Assembly (NCBI RefSeq): GCF_018350175.1
Contig: NC_058368.1
Location: 191,954,001 to 192,018,000, forward strand
Source: Felis catus
Lineage: Eukaryota
DNA length: 64,000 nt
Direction: 5' to 3'
The position numbers were made by a program, and so were the translations under genes. Positions 1 through 13,016 of the stretch are shown piece after piece (positions within the stretch are counted from its first letter, which is position 1; each line of letters begins with the position of its first letter). Below the pieces are notes generated by a model. That model had not been told where the DNA came from. It did no database searches and saw only the letters and a program-made list of their open reading frames with translations.

Positions 1-2177
1 CTGCTTGGAGGACATGTGGTAGAGGCTGTGTGGCCTCCCCACAGGCAAAGGTCCCAGTGGACCCCAGAAGAACAGCCATGTTGCTGATGTTGGAATAAGA
101 ACATTAGGGAAAGGTGAAGCCTGGCGCCAGATGTGTGTGGTGATTTACCAAAATCCCTGAAACACTGCTGCTACACAACAACATGCACTCTTTCTGGGAT
201 AGGATGGCATCTGGCTGCAGTCTCTGGGCATCTACAGTGGTGTGGTCATAGAAACATTCCTGGGGGTGGGCCAGCCCCTGGCCATTGCTTGGCAAGACCC
301 TCCCCCAGAGGGTCTGAGTCAAAGCCACAGGGCCCTCAGAAGTGAGGGGTTTGGAAATGCAACCCCATCTGAGATCAAACTCGAGATGGAGGTGTCCCCT
401 GGAAGGCTGATGACTTGGTCACATATAGGGTAGAAGTGAGTAGTGGATGGAGGCCAGAGACAAAGGAGGAGTTCTTGATTCCAGGTGGTAAGAGCACAGA
501 GTTCATGGATTGGAAGAACAAATATTGTTAAAATGTTGATAGTCCCCAAAGCAATCTACATATTCAATGCAATCCCTATCAAAATAACACAAGCCTTCTT
601 CACAGAGCTAGAACCAACAGTCCTCAAATTTGTATGGAACCAGAAAAACTCCAAATAGCCAAAGCAATCTTGAAATAGAAAACTAAAGCTGGAGGCATCA
701 CAATCCAGGACTTCAAGATGTATTACAAAGCTGTTATCAACAAGACAGTATGGCACTTAGATCAATGGAACAGAATAGAGAACCCAGAAATGGACCCACA
801 AACATATGGCCAACTAATCTTTGACAAAGCAGGAAAGAATATCCAATGGAATAAAGAGTCTCTCCATCAAGTGGTGCTGGGAAAACTAGACAGTGACATA
901 CAGAAGAATGAACCTGGACCACTTTCTTACACCATACACAAAAATAAACTCGAAATGGATGAAAGACCTAAATGTAAGACAGGAAGCCATCAAAATCCTC
1001 AAGGAAAAAGCAGGCAAAAACCTCTTTGACCTTGGCCTCACAAACTTCTTACTCAACATGTCTCTGGAGGCAAGGGAAACAAAAGCAAAAATGAACTCTT
1101 GGGACCTCATCAAAATAAAAAGCTTCTGCACAGTGAAAGAAACAATCTGCAAAACTAAAAGATAACCTACGAAATGGGAGAAGATATTTGCAAATGACAT
1201 ATCAGATAAAAGGTTAGTGTCCAAAATCTATAAAGAACTTAACAAACTCAACACCCAAAAAACTAATAATCCAGTGAAGAAATGGACAAAAGACATGAAA
1301 AGATACTTCTCCAAAGAAGAGTTCCAAATGGCTAAGAGACACATGAAAAAATGCTCAACATCACTCAACATCAGGGAAATACAAATTAAAACCACAATGA
1401 ACTACCACTGCACACCTGTCAGAATGGCTAATATTAACAACTTGGCAACAACAGATGATGGCAAAGATGCAGAGAAAGAGGATCTCTTTTGCACTGCTTC
1501 TGGGGATGCAAACTGGTACAGCCACTCTGGAAAACAGTACCGAAGTTCCTAAAAAAATTAAAAATAGAACTACCCTACAACCCAGCAATTGCACTACTGG
1601 GAATTTATCCAAGGGATACAGGTATGCTGTTTTGAAGAGGCACATGCACCCCAGTGTTTATAGCAGCACTATCAACAATAGCCAAAGTATGGAAAGAGTC
1701 CATCCAAATATCCATTGACAGATAAATGGATAAAGAAGATGTGGTGTGTATGTATACAATGGAGTATTACTCAGCAATCAAAAAAAAAATGAAATCTTGC
1801 CATTTGCAACAACATGGATGGAACTAGAGTGTATTATACTCAGTAAAATAAGTCAGAAAAAGACAAATATATGACTTCATTCATATGTGGAATTTAAGAT
1901 ACAAAACAGGGAAGCAAAGCAAAAAGATGCAAAAAAGGGAAGGGAAGCAAAAATAATATAAAAACAGAGAGGAAGACAAAACATAAGAGACTTTAAATAC
2001 AGAGAAGAAACTGAGGGTTCCTGGAGGGGCTGTGGGTGGCAGCATGGGCTAAATGGGTAAGGGGCATTAAGGAAGACATTTGTTGGGATGAGCACTGGGT
2101 GTTACACATAGGGGATGAATCATTGGAATCTATTCATGAAATCATTGCACTAAATGCTAACTAACTAGGATGTAAAT
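1..2177 (+). mobile_element. Carnivore LINE-1, internally deleted (5'UTR-like segment joined to ORF2 C-terminal part and 3'UTR)
   Basis: 503-1890 translates in broken frames to the L1 ORF2 C-terminus ([11 protein letters not shown]...[45 protein letters not shown]). The 3'UTR ends ...GCTAACTAACTAGGATGTAAATT before a purine tail. 1-502 resembles carnivore L1 5'UTR as recalled (less certain). Confidence 0.9.
503..1895 (+). pseudogene. Disrupted L1 ORF2 remnant (post-RT and C-terminal region)
   Basis: ORFs 718-1029, 893-1165 and 1217-1552 each carry L1 ORF2 peptides in different frames, separated by frameshifts and stops. Confidence 0.9.
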
Positions 2178-2185
2178 TAGAAAGA

Positions 2186-2264
2186 GAAGGAAGGAAGGAA
2201 GGAAGGAAGGAAGGAAGGAAGGAAGGAAGGAAGGAAGGAAGGAAGGAAGGAAGGAAGGAAGGAA
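2186..2264 (+). repeat. (GGAA)n microsatellite in the L1 tail position
   Basis: About 19 perfect GGAA units directly after the L1 3' end. Confidence 0.97.
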
Positions 2265-4352
2265 AAGAAAGAACAACATGTTAAATTAGGAAAATTGAGT
2301 GAGACCTTAGAAGTTTCTTTAAAAAATGTCTTTTTAAGCTTGGTCACGGACATGGCGCAAGGTGTAGTGCTTTTGCTTACAGCCATTACTCAAGTAAATT
2401 CATAAGCCCTGTTCTCCAGGGTGATCATTCACTGAAAGAAGCCAGGACTCCTTATCCTACTACTCCTTGAAGTGTAGTTTCTTATACCTTGGGATAGGAA
2501 AAAAGTGAGAATATCTGCCAGAAAGAAGACATGGTAAACAAACAAGCAAACAAACAAACAAACAAAGGAGTCAGCTACAGGGTGTCCCACTACCCGATTT
2601 GAGCATCAAAAAGAGAATAATCACTAATTGAAAATTTTTCAGCCTCCATAATGCCATGATGATGTAATCGCACACCAAATATACCGTAAAGCATACAAAA
2701 AGGGAGCTCTAACACAAAACAGAAATAAACAGGGCATACTAACTTATCAATTTTAACAAACAGAGTACTAATATATAGTTGAGTATTATTAAGTGCATTT
2801 TGGTTTAAAAATCCCATGTATATATGCATATCCACATTTTTAAGTCTGTGAACTCTCAAAAAATGTGAGGACGATGGTCTCCAAAGAGATAGAGATTCAT
2901 TAAAGAAGGATGATCAGTGACAACAGTCATTCCTAATAACCAAGTAAAAGGAGAGATTCCTGCTTCTCATCAGTACCAATGATCATATACAATAACTAAT
3001 TAAAAAGAAGGTCCAGCAGTGTGCTCCAAGATGATAAATTAGCTACATTCCCAAGCATAAGGGGAACCAAGCGAACTTGACTCCTTATCTCCTAGGAGAT
3101 TAAACCTCAAACTGACCTTATTAATTATAATGGGGTTTTGATAAAGCATAAACTTCCAGTAATCTAACCTACCAGAACAATATATACTGATGGTAGGACA
3201 ATGAGATAGATAATGGTAGCCAGGCAAAACTTAAAAATATACCATTTCTAGGAAAAACATCAGATTCAAAAAAAATTGAGAATCTATATGAAAAGCTGAA
3301 GTCGTTATTTAACAAATAAATTTTAACTCCATAGGGAATTTGGCCTAATGACTAGGCGCTTGAGTGTGAATCACTTTGGACCTCATAACCAAGAAACAAT
3401 CCAGATTCTAAAACTTCTACTGATATAAAATAGTGGGGTTTTTTTTCTTTTCAGACTGGTAAATATGACTATAACTCTAGGAAGATATAAAACAGTATGT
3501 ACCAAGTAGCCTGCAACTTGAAGAAGGTCAACTTTGGAAGAAATAGAATAGTAATAATGAAAATCCAAAATTAAACTCACAGCATTCACATTTTAGATTC
3601 AATTTTTAACCACAATACGATGATCAGTTTAGTAATCATTAAAAAATGTTTATGTCTATTATCTGTTTCTTAGGTACTTAGAGTATTTAAAATATTCTGA
3701 TATAGCAGCTCATAACTGCTAAAGAGTTTTAAAAATAAGTTTGTAACCAATGTTTAAATATTTGGGGAAATATTTTATTGAGCTTGTAAGCATTGATGTG
3801 TCAAGTGTGTAAGTGGTGTACAAATATTTAGATAAGTATTTAGAGGAATGTTTATTATGAAGTTAGTAAGATTTTAAAACCAGACTTTATGCCCAATACA
3901 AATTATAGTGGACCATGTGTATTTTAGGGATTAACAAATCTATTAGTAGTTACCATTTTCCCATTCTGAGACACCACTATAATGGTAATTTTTTTTAAGT
4001 TATAACCCACTGTAGCAGATAAAGAGAATGGTATGTTCACAAACCTCTTGAACACAGACAGAGATGGATAAGTGTTGGGTGATGAGCAGAGAAGAGGAGG
4101 CTGCAGCCCAGAAAAAGTCCAGAGATGGCTGAGGCTAAGAAAAACTAGGTATAGCAGAGGATAAGAGGAGGGGAGTAGAGCAAAAACAGGGCATTGAGAG
4201 TCAGCCCCTCACCCACCTACCACTAGGAATTTAACCACCCACCTCCTGTTCCAAAACCTCAAAAAAAAAAAAAAGTCACTTGAGAGAAATTGAAGTAAAC
4301 ACGTGAGGAGTATGAGACTAGTTGGCAAGAATACCCAGGTTTTAAAAGATAG

Positions 4353-4845
4353 TGAAAGGGATCAGAATATGCCACTCCAAAATATGCCACTTTAACATTA
4401 GGATTATTTTAAGCTAAAGGTAATTGAGTGACAGCAAATATCAGAAAAAGCTCTCTACCCTCTCTCTTCCTATCTAAAAGCAGGGCATAAGTTGCCATTT
4501 GTAAAGGTAACATTAATTTCCCTTCACAAAAGTGTCCCAGTCTCCTCTCCCATACCAAACCTTACTGATATAACCTTCATCTTTCATTAGTTTCCCTCTG
4601 ATGTTTACCTTCCACAATTTCCTTGTTCTAGAGGCCCAAAGCCCTTTTCCTGTTGTTTTGTCTCATCTCCACAATTTATCACTCTGTTAAAATGGGATAT
4701 AAGTGCCCAAGTCTAATCACTTATTTGGTGTTTTTCACTTCTTTTCACTTATGCTTCTTGCCAACTAGTCTCTGAAGCCCCTGTGCCAGGCACCACGGAC
4801 TGAAACTAGGAGGGTAGAGGGGGAAGAAAACTCCCCTTCTGTACA
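4353..4845 (+). mobile_element. ERV1-class solo LTR, MER34-like
   Basis: TG...CA termini; the 5' end TGAAAGGGATCAGAATATGCCACTCCAAAATATGCCACTTT matches the recalled MER34-family start. Confidence 0.8.
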
Positions 4846-5373
4846 GATGCAAAAAAAAAAGGGACAGGACATAATTCAAAGGAATGAAGTACTGGGAGCA
4901 GGATTTTTAAGCATAAGGACAAGAGCCACCTCAGCCAAGGAATATTCCCACCACCTCTGAAAATTCCTCCAAATCGGCAATTGATTGCCTCACCTTAGAG
5001 CCTATCCTTCAACTTCTTCCTCTTCTTTTCGTTCATCATTGTCTTCAAGAAGTATTTGTGAACACAAACAAATATAGAGTCAGAAAAATTCTCAGACCTA
5101 CTCTGGCCCACCCTCTTGAGAGGGACAGCAGCAGAGTTGGGTTTCCCGACTCACAGCTCAGCACTTATGTAGTCAAGGCACTCAGATAAGGGTTTCACAT
5201 GGAACCCACAAGTACAACTGGAATCATGCCCCTCCCAAAACAATTCCTCCTACATAAAAAAAATTCCAAACAAACAAAATTTTAAGATCCAGTGTTGAAT
5301 TTATAGTTTCTCCAACAAACTTCCACCAAATCTATTGAACAAAGAAATGTTTTCACTTGAAGAACAAAAGTGT

Positions 5374-5590
5374 GGGGCGCCTGGGTGGCTCAGTCGGTTA
5401 AGCATCTGACTTCAGCTCAGGTCATGATCTCACAGTTCCTGCGTTCAAGCCCCGCGTTGGGCTCTGTGCTGACAGCTCAGAGCCTGGAGCCTGTTTCAGA
5501 TTCTATGTATCCCTCTCTCTCTGCCCCTCCCCTGTTCACTCTCTGTCTCTGTCTCAAGAATAAACAAACGTTAAAAAATTTTTTAAAAAA
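5374..5590 (+). mobile_element. Can-SINE (SINEC_Fc type)
   Basis: GGGGCGCCTGGGTGGCTCAGTCGGTTAAGC head, CT-rich segment, A tail; TSD AAGAA(C/G)AAAAGTGT at 5360-5373 and 5591-5604. Confidence 0.97.
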
Positions 5591-5873
5591 AAGAAGAAAA
5601 GTGTAAGCGCTCTTAGCATGTTGTTCATGGTCATGAAGTCAATGTTGCTGAAATACATAAGATTCGTAGACTTTCATGTACTTGAATATAGATGAACATA
5701 ATTTATCATTTTTTAAGAAAGTATACAGAAAAGAGAAAGTTGCAAGTACTTTTATTTCTTTTTTGTCTTGTAATGAATCAAAGATACGAATAACAATAAT
5801 TCTGAATTATAAACCACAAAGCATCAACCTGGTGTGTCAGAAAGAAACTTGATTATTAAGACTTATCTAGAAT

Positions 5874-5997
5874 GAGGCATCTGGGTGGCTCAGTAGGTTA
5901 AGTGTCTGACTCTTGGTCTTGGTTCAGGTCACTATCTCATGGTTCATGAGATTGAGCCCCACATTGGCTCTGTGCTGAGGCATGGAGCCTGCTTGGG

Positions 5998-6033
<36 letters not shown>

Positions 6034-6097
6034 TCTCTCTGACCCTCCTAGGCTTGCTCTCTCTCAAAATAAATAAATAAACTTAAAAAAAAAAAAA
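5874..6097 (+). mobile_element. Can-SINE (older subfamily)
   Basis: tRNA-like head, (CT)n, AATAAA/A tail; TSD AAGACTTA(T/C)CTAGAAT at 5858-5873 and 6098-6113. Confidence 0.95.
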
Positions 6098-6734
6098 AAG
6101 ACTTACCTAGAATGAATTGCAGCTCTTCCACAGACCTCAGAGGACTCAGAATTCCTCCTGGTTCTTGAGTTTTGCATCTGAAAATTGATGAGATTGGATA
6201 ATCCTGATGATCCTAAGAGTTTCTTTCCTAGTTCTTCCCATTTCTAATATTCTGTATCAGTATATCATTAGTCCTCATTTTTAAACTTTATCCTTTTAGG
6301 CTTATAAGCATGATCACCAGCTTTGCAAAGGTACACCCGTATCCAAAATACACAACAGCTCAAACTGTGATATCTTGGCCAGTAAAACCAAACTATGAGA
6401 ATTTGACCTTTCTAATGGCACAAGGAACTTGTTTCAGCTGGCCAGAAGCTGTGAAAATATCATAATCCAAAATGATATGAAAGTTGGCACTTGGAAGAAA
6501 CATTTAGAAACTTACGTGAAATTTTACAGAGATTAAGACCCAAAACAGTATTTCTGGATACACAGTCATGTTTGTGAAGGGAGAACTATGCCCCCAATTT
6601 GCATTAGGACATGGGCTTAGAATTCACTTGATTCAGGAGATTTTAGTAAGTTTCTCAATTATGCAAAATCCTGTGCTCAAAGCTGTGGAGGATGCTAACA
6701 GGACAAAAAACGGTTCCCCTCCCTGGATTCAGAG

Positions 6735-6935
6735 TGTAGTAGAGTTTAGCCATTAAGAGCAGGGGTGTTGCATTCCTTTCTGATTCCACATCCTACTAGT
6801 TTTAAGAGTTTAATCAAGTCACTGAATTTTTCGAAGGCTTCATTTCCTTATCTGTTAGATGGGAGTGATGATAATACAGGATAATGCATCTAAAATACTT
6901 AGCACAGTGTGTCAGGCACAATGAATTCTCAAGAA
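6735..6935 (+). mobile_element. MIR
   Basis: Degenerate MIR core (CAAGTCACTGAA...CATTTCCTTATCTGTTAGATGGG...CTTAGCACAGTG). Confidence 0.65.
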
Positions 6936-7887
6936 ACATGAATTTATGTTATATATGTTATAAAGGGTAGGCAAGGCAAAAAAACATAAATAGGTAATTT
7001 AATCAAAGGCAAGATGGAGTAAGTGTTATAGCAAGGGTACCTGCCAACCATCAAGAGAGCAAAGAAGCAGAGGAAACAAAGTCAACTTCTTATACTAAGG
7101 ATATGCCAAAAATAAATAAATAAATAACAATGGGTAGAAAAAGTAGGGAAGGATAAAGTTCTGACTTGTGTCTTCTCCTGGGATCCAAGATCAAACCTCA
7201 AGTTATTTTACTATGTACACAGTAAAACCTCCCTAAGCATTGGAAAAGTTTTAAAAGTCATAACTGGCAAAGGAGTTTGGATGATGTGATGACCACAGGA
7301 CACTGAGGCCAACCCTGGTGCTCTTCAGTGTCAAGAGGCTAACTATGCCAAGTAATTAATGAATAAGCTATATTAGACTGCAGTCTGAGAATAAGATGGT
7401 CCATGCAAGCTTGAGAGGATGAAAAATATCCTCTACCTCCATAGGTGAGTTGGTGTGCTTGTTCCTAGATGTAACTCACTTCAAGCAGAGAGATAGAAGA
7501 TCTGTCCCTGTCCAATTTTCCGAGTAATAGCGAACTACTAAAATAGCAATCACCGTATAAAGTAGTTCTTATCAATAGTCCCATTTTACCTATGTGGTAA
7601 GCAAAGCACAAAAAGGGCAAATAACGAAGGTCATATAACCAAGAAAACCTGATGGTTACCCATTCTACTTTCTAGAGGAGTGATGAGCACATGCTGGGTA
7701 CTGTACAGATGTGTGTGTTTTCAGATGAGCTGAAAAACCTGCTTGGCTTATCCACTACACTCTCTGCCCTTCTTGTTAATAATGGGTAGTCATGTTCTCA
7801 GCAGCTGCTTCCCAGCCTCATATGGAAACCTACAGACCCTAAGCTTTGGTCAAAGTTCAACACTTACAATTAATTTTTTTTTAATCT

Positions 7888-8080
7888 AACAATGAGCACT
7901 TACTAAGTCCCAGGCACTATACTGAGAACTCTGCATATTAATTTCTTTAATCTTCCTATCAACCCCTTGATTAGATGACTATCATTATTGCCAAGACAGA
8001 CAACTGAGGCACAGAGGAATTAAGAAAAATGGCAGAGCCAGCATTCGAACCTGGGCACTGTGACACTAGAGTCCACTCTC
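7888..8080 (-). mobile_element. MIR
   Basis: Reverse MIR motifs GAGCACTTACTAAGTCCCAGGCACT, AACTGAGGCACAGAG, GGCAGAGCCAGCATTCGAACC. Confidence 0.75.
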
Positions 8081-10009
8081 ATAGCAACCTCAGCACTTGT
8101 TAATACTTCCTTCACAATGCCACTGTAGTCATCAATCAACTTGACGTTCAGTCCTCGACCAGAGAAGTAGCAGAGAGTGTACCTTCTCTCCTCTTAGAAT
8201 AAATCTTGATGGTGAGTCCTCCAAATGGTGACTTCTTGAATGAAGTTTTGCTGACCCCAACCATAAAACTAGATTCCAGGAGGAGGAAGGAAGGAAGCCA
8301 CTGGTAAGTGATGAATGGGTGGGATATTGAATGTGAGAGGAGCAGCATATGAGTGACAACAGCTGCCTTGTTAATCTTTTACCCACTCTACTCTTTGTAA
8401 AATACTCACCCTACTACATTTTAATGAAAAGGCTGATTTGGGCCATGATTTAGTGGGTTTCTTAAACATGTGTCTTTCAGAGACATGCCTGAAAGAAATC
8501 ACTTCTCCTGACCTTGGAAGTTCAAAGGCAGTTCAGGCTCGTCCCTGCAGCACTGTAGGCAGTTGCCTAGGAGATGGGATTTCAGTGGGTGGGAAAGGCT
8601 CTTCCCTCAGTAAAGGAGGAGGGAAGTCAACTCTTCCTGCTCTATAAGGTCTGAAACTCCTCAAAGAGGGAAAAAATAACTTTTATTCCACAATGACAGA
8701 TGGGGCTTACATGCAAAAAACCCTGAGAGAGGAAATACACTGATTTCAATTCATGTTAAAGAGGAAAGAGCTAATAGCAAAGCATTCCCTGAGAGTCCAT
8801 GTGAATAGAAGAAAGTACACAGGGAGGAAGGAGGCTCCTATAGAGGAGGAGAAGGAGAAGATGGGGGAGGAGCCCACTCATTTCACAGATGAGGCCCCAA
8901 GCAAACTTCCTGCCTCACCTTCAAGACCACACGTAGCCTCTGTGGGCTGCCTATCCTATAAGGGTTTCCTCCACTTGGGACTCTCTCCTGTCTTTATCAC
9001 ACAAATTCATCTTGTTCCTCCTGCAACACCCTTCCCGCTTGAAAGTTTCTTCTGCAGGGCTCCTCCTTCCTATTTCCCCAGCACTTTATACATCCTTTGG
9101 TCATCAATATTCATATTTAGAAAAGAGGCAAAGAGGTGAAGCAGAGAGAGGAGAAAGACACACATTCTTCATTGCACATCTGCATTATGGTGAGGTAAGA
9201 ACTATTATTTGTTAATTACCAAAGACAAAATCAACTTAGAGATATAAGTAAAGCCTAGGTCACATGGCACATAGAAAGCAGAGCCAAGACCATGGTCTTG
9301 ACCATTTAATACAATTTGGCTCTAAGCCTTTTTCCTTATCAGACCTTATCATCCACTATTTTCATGGTCATTTTCCCAGGTGGACCATGAACTAACTCCT
9401 TGGATCAGGAATTCTGACAAGTTTATTGCTTCATTTCCCATTGTTCCCCACTCGGTGTGTGGCACAGACTAGGTAAAGGTCTGCTGAAGGAGGAGAGAGG
9501 AGAGGAAAGAAGTGTAGGAGGAACAGAAGAAGGATTTGAGGAACAAGGAGATGTGGGGTGGAGGGGATATTTCAGTGAATCCACACACAAAGACTGACAC
9601 AAGCAGACATATAGGCTCTAAATGGCAAGCACAGTGATGGGATCACATTAACCTTAAACAGTGTCTGGTACACATTATACCTTCTATCTGCTATAAACAC
9701 AACTCTTTTAAGGATGTTATCTAGTAGTTGGGACAGTCTTACTCTGTGAGGAATGCTATTTTTTAACAGTCACTGAGCCAGATCCACCGAGTGTGCTTAG
9801 GGCAATAATTTCCAATTGCTTTGCAATTCTGACATCTTATCAGTGCTTGGCCTCAGGATAGCGGACCCCCATCTTTAACAGCACTGTATGGCAAGCATTT
9901 TATCGTTATTGCTTTTGCCGATTACCAACATAAAGTCGGCTTGTTGCAAGGTTTCAAAGGATGTGGAAATGTATAACTTGTAAGTTTCTCTGACACTCTC
10001 TCTCAGCTT

Positions 10010-10475
10010 CCATTCCACCCCATTGTTGGAGATAACTACAGAGAACCACTGACATAAACAATAAATGTATACTCTTTACCCAGGTGGGATACTATACTAT
10101 ATCCAATCCTACAGCCAGCTTTCCTCACTTAACCAATGTTGGACACCTTCCCATGTCAGTTCAAAATATTTTCCATTCTTTTTAGTATATGCATCATACT
10201 CCACTGTGGAGATGTACCTTTATATTTTTAGAGGTATCTATCCCATGGATAGATATTAGAGTAAGGGCTTTTTCCTACTGGAAACAAGGCTGCAATGACG
10301 ATCTCTATAGAGATATAAATGGTAAGATAGATGACATAGATGTAGGCCTTATGCCAATAACCTGTAGTCTAGATTCCTAGGGTAAGATTTTTGGGTCAAT
10401 AGGCATGCACCATTAATTTCAATAGAGATTACAGACTGCCCTTGCAAATGTTTCACTAATATGTACTCCTATCAT
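10010..10475 (-). mobile_element. Ancient L1 (L1ME-like) 3' fragment
   Basis: Degenerate antisense L1M 3' motifs (CCATTCTTTTTAGTATATGCATCATACTCCACTGTG; AAACAAGGCTGCAATGA; TTTTGGGTCAATAGGCATG). Confidence 0.6.
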
Positions 10476-10519
10476 GTACTACACATGATGAAAAGAACAC
10501 TTTTAGGAGTGGGATCCAG

Positions 10520-10521
<2 letters not shown>

Positions 10522-10551
<30 letters not shown>
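10522..10551 (+). repeat. poly(A)30 tract
   Basis: 30 consecutive A. Confidence 0.95.
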
Positions 10552-10552
<1 letters not shown>

Positions 10553-12269
10553 AACTTCTTTCCTAGGAGGTTTGGTTCCCTTTGTTATAAAACTAGAACA
10601 TCTTTAAGATTCCATATCCACAGGGAGAGGGTGGGAATTATTAGAAAACCAACTTAGAAATCATTGTTTGAGATCATAACCCTAGTATTCTGGAAGAATC
10701 CAGGTGAATCCCAAAGGTGTCTCCTATGATGTCCCCCACCTGCCATGTTTAGAAAGGGGAGAAAATAATCTCTATTACCACTCCTCCCCACTCTTTAATC
10801 CCACACACAGCCTTGCCAATATGGGCTCATCAAACCCTGGGGCTCCAATTTCAGATGCCACAAGGTGAGGGCAGGAACAGAATAGGCCAGAGTACCCCAA
10901 GTTGGGTGATGTTCATATCACTATAATCCAAAACCCCTAGTCTTAAATTACATCATAGACTTTAGCATTTGGCTATCATTTTTATGTCAACTGGACAAGG
11001 AGAAACTAACTTATCAAAAAGACAGAACAAGATGAGAGTTGCATATCATTTCAGGCCACAGGTAAAACCTAGAAGTCAGGTTTTCATTTGCTTGGCATTA
11101 ACACAAATTACCTGGTTCGTCTGCTCCCTCCATGGAAACCTGAAACCATTTCACTCATCAAGTCTCTTAGTTCTCCCCAGTACCTCCATCATTTTCTCAA
11201 TTTCATTTTTCACTCTGATGCTGGGGATGAGAAAAAGGTTCATTCATGAAGGTAATAAATGAAGCCCTGACTTTGGAAGAGAGGTAATTAGTGCACATCA
11301 TCACTAGAGCTAATGAGATCAGAGTGGGGCTGTCCAAGCCCAACATGCCTAATCAGGAATTCAAATTAAGAAGTCCCACTCTCTGTGATTAAGGAGATAG
11401 TCACTGAAACACTGAAATCCTAATTCCTTTGTATTTCCATTCACCAACTCAGTATCAAATGTTTTATGACACTGAAAATATGCTTAGTTTAAAGGGAACA
11501 GATGCCCAAATCTCCTCGTGCTCATTTAGAAAGACAACCTGATTTTTCTTTATCTAGGGTGGTGTCAGTCAGGATTATATACAGACACAGAGACACACAA
11601 GTGATTCTAACTGGATTTTGTTGAAATTGTTTCTTTACAAACTATATAAACAGAGCTTTCCCAAAAAAATCCCACTGCCATGGGAGGAAAGAAGAGGTTA
11701 GATGTGGGAGGGGTTAAAGGGATATGTCTGAATTCTATTATCATTAAAAATTCTTTATTTTATTTGGAAAATCATAGTGGCAGGGAATATTACATCTCTG
11801 AATAATGTAACAAAACTTTCCTAAATTCCTACTTTAAGTCTGATCCTTTTCTACACACTTTTGCATGGAGATGGTCCAATCTGACCCAAAGAGATTAATT
11901 TTTGTACTCAGATCTGTATTTAAATCTGTCTCAGCTACTACCTACAAGACCTTACATAAGACATTTCAAGACTCTAAGCCTCAATTTCATCTCTTATAAA
12001 CTAAACTTCATTAAAATTTAAAACTTCCTTTCATTAACGGTGCCATCAAGAGAGTAAAAAGACAAGCCACAAATGTGGAGAAGCTATTTGCAGTGAATAC
12101 AACAAAAAAGTCTAACATACAGAATACATAAAAATCTCCTGAAAACAAATGAGAAAAATATAAACAACCAATTAGAAAATAGGCAAAAGGCTTGAACAGA
12201 TATGTTACAAAGGAAAAATACAAATGTGTAGTAAGTACGTGAAAATATGCTCAATCTCATTAGAAATGA

Positions 12270-12429
12270 GAGGCACCTGGGTGGCTCAGTCAGTTAAGCG
12301 TGCAACTTTGGCTCAGGTCATAATCTCACAGATCGCGGGTTCGAGCCCTACATCAGGCTCTGTGCTGACAGCTCAGAGCCTGGAGCCTGCTTTGGATTCT
12401 GTGTCTCCCTCTCTCTCTGCCCCTCCCCT

Positions 12430-12466
<37 letters not shown>

Positions 12467-12490
12467 AATAAACATTTAAAAAAATTTTAA
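12270..12490 (+). mobile_element. Can-SINE (SINEC_Fc type)
   Basis: GGCACCTGGGTGGCTCAGTCAGTTAAGCG head, CAGCTCAGAGCCTGGAGCCTGC, (CT)n, A tail. Confidence 0.96.
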
Positions 12491-12548
12491 AGAAATTAGA
12501 GAAATGAAAACCATTGAAATGCTGGCCAAATGAAATCCTGAGATACTA

Positions 12549-12551
<3 letters not shown>

Positions 12552-12594
<43 letters not shown>
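12552..12594 (+). repeat. (CA)21 microsatellite
   Basis: Perfect CA run. Confidence 0.97.
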
Positions 12595-12596
<2 letters not shown>

Positions 12597-12801
12597 ATTG
12601 AAGGGGAAAATTAGGTTTAGTAATATCAAGCAGAACAAGAATACAGTTCAACAGAATATTTATACATGGCTAATGGAAGTGGATTTTGTTATAATCACTA
12701 TATCTGGCATCATGCAATAAATCTGAAGATGGGTATACCTAATACTCAGCAATTTCCAACTTTCTACTTCAGGTACCTGCTCCTAAGAAGTTCTTACATA
12801 C

Positions 12802-13016
12802 GGGAGCATCTGGGTGGCTCAGTCGGTTGAGCGTCCGACTTCAGCTCAGGTCATGATCTCACAGTTTGTGGGTTTGAGCCCTGCATCAGGCACTGTGCTG
12901 ACCACTTGCACAGAGCCTGGAACCTGCTTCAGATTCTGTGTCTCCTTCTCTCTCTGCCCCTTCCCCACTCGCACTTTGTCTCACTCTGTTTCTCAAAAAT
13001 AAATAAATGTAAAAAA
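12802..13016 (+). mobile_element. Can-SINE (SINEC_Fc type)
   Basis: Typical head and tail; flanking direct repeat AAGAAGTTCTTA at 12785-12796 and 13017-13028. Confidence 0.96.

Noticed and set aside
718..1718. ORFs with real protein similarity (103, 90, 111 and 87 aa)
   Set aside because: They are frameshifted L1 ORF2 debris, not a host gene or an active reverse transcriptase.
5370..5606. Recurrent 'GAWVAQSV...AQVMISQ' ORFs (also 12224, 12814, 19965, 23709, 31032, 51637)
   Set aside because: They are translations of Can-SINE bodies. The apparent protein family is an artefact, and the tRNA-like heads are not tRNA genes.
8753..9139. 128-aa ORF
   Set aside because: It follows local purine-rich then pyrimidine-rich composition, with no recognisable homology or exon structure.
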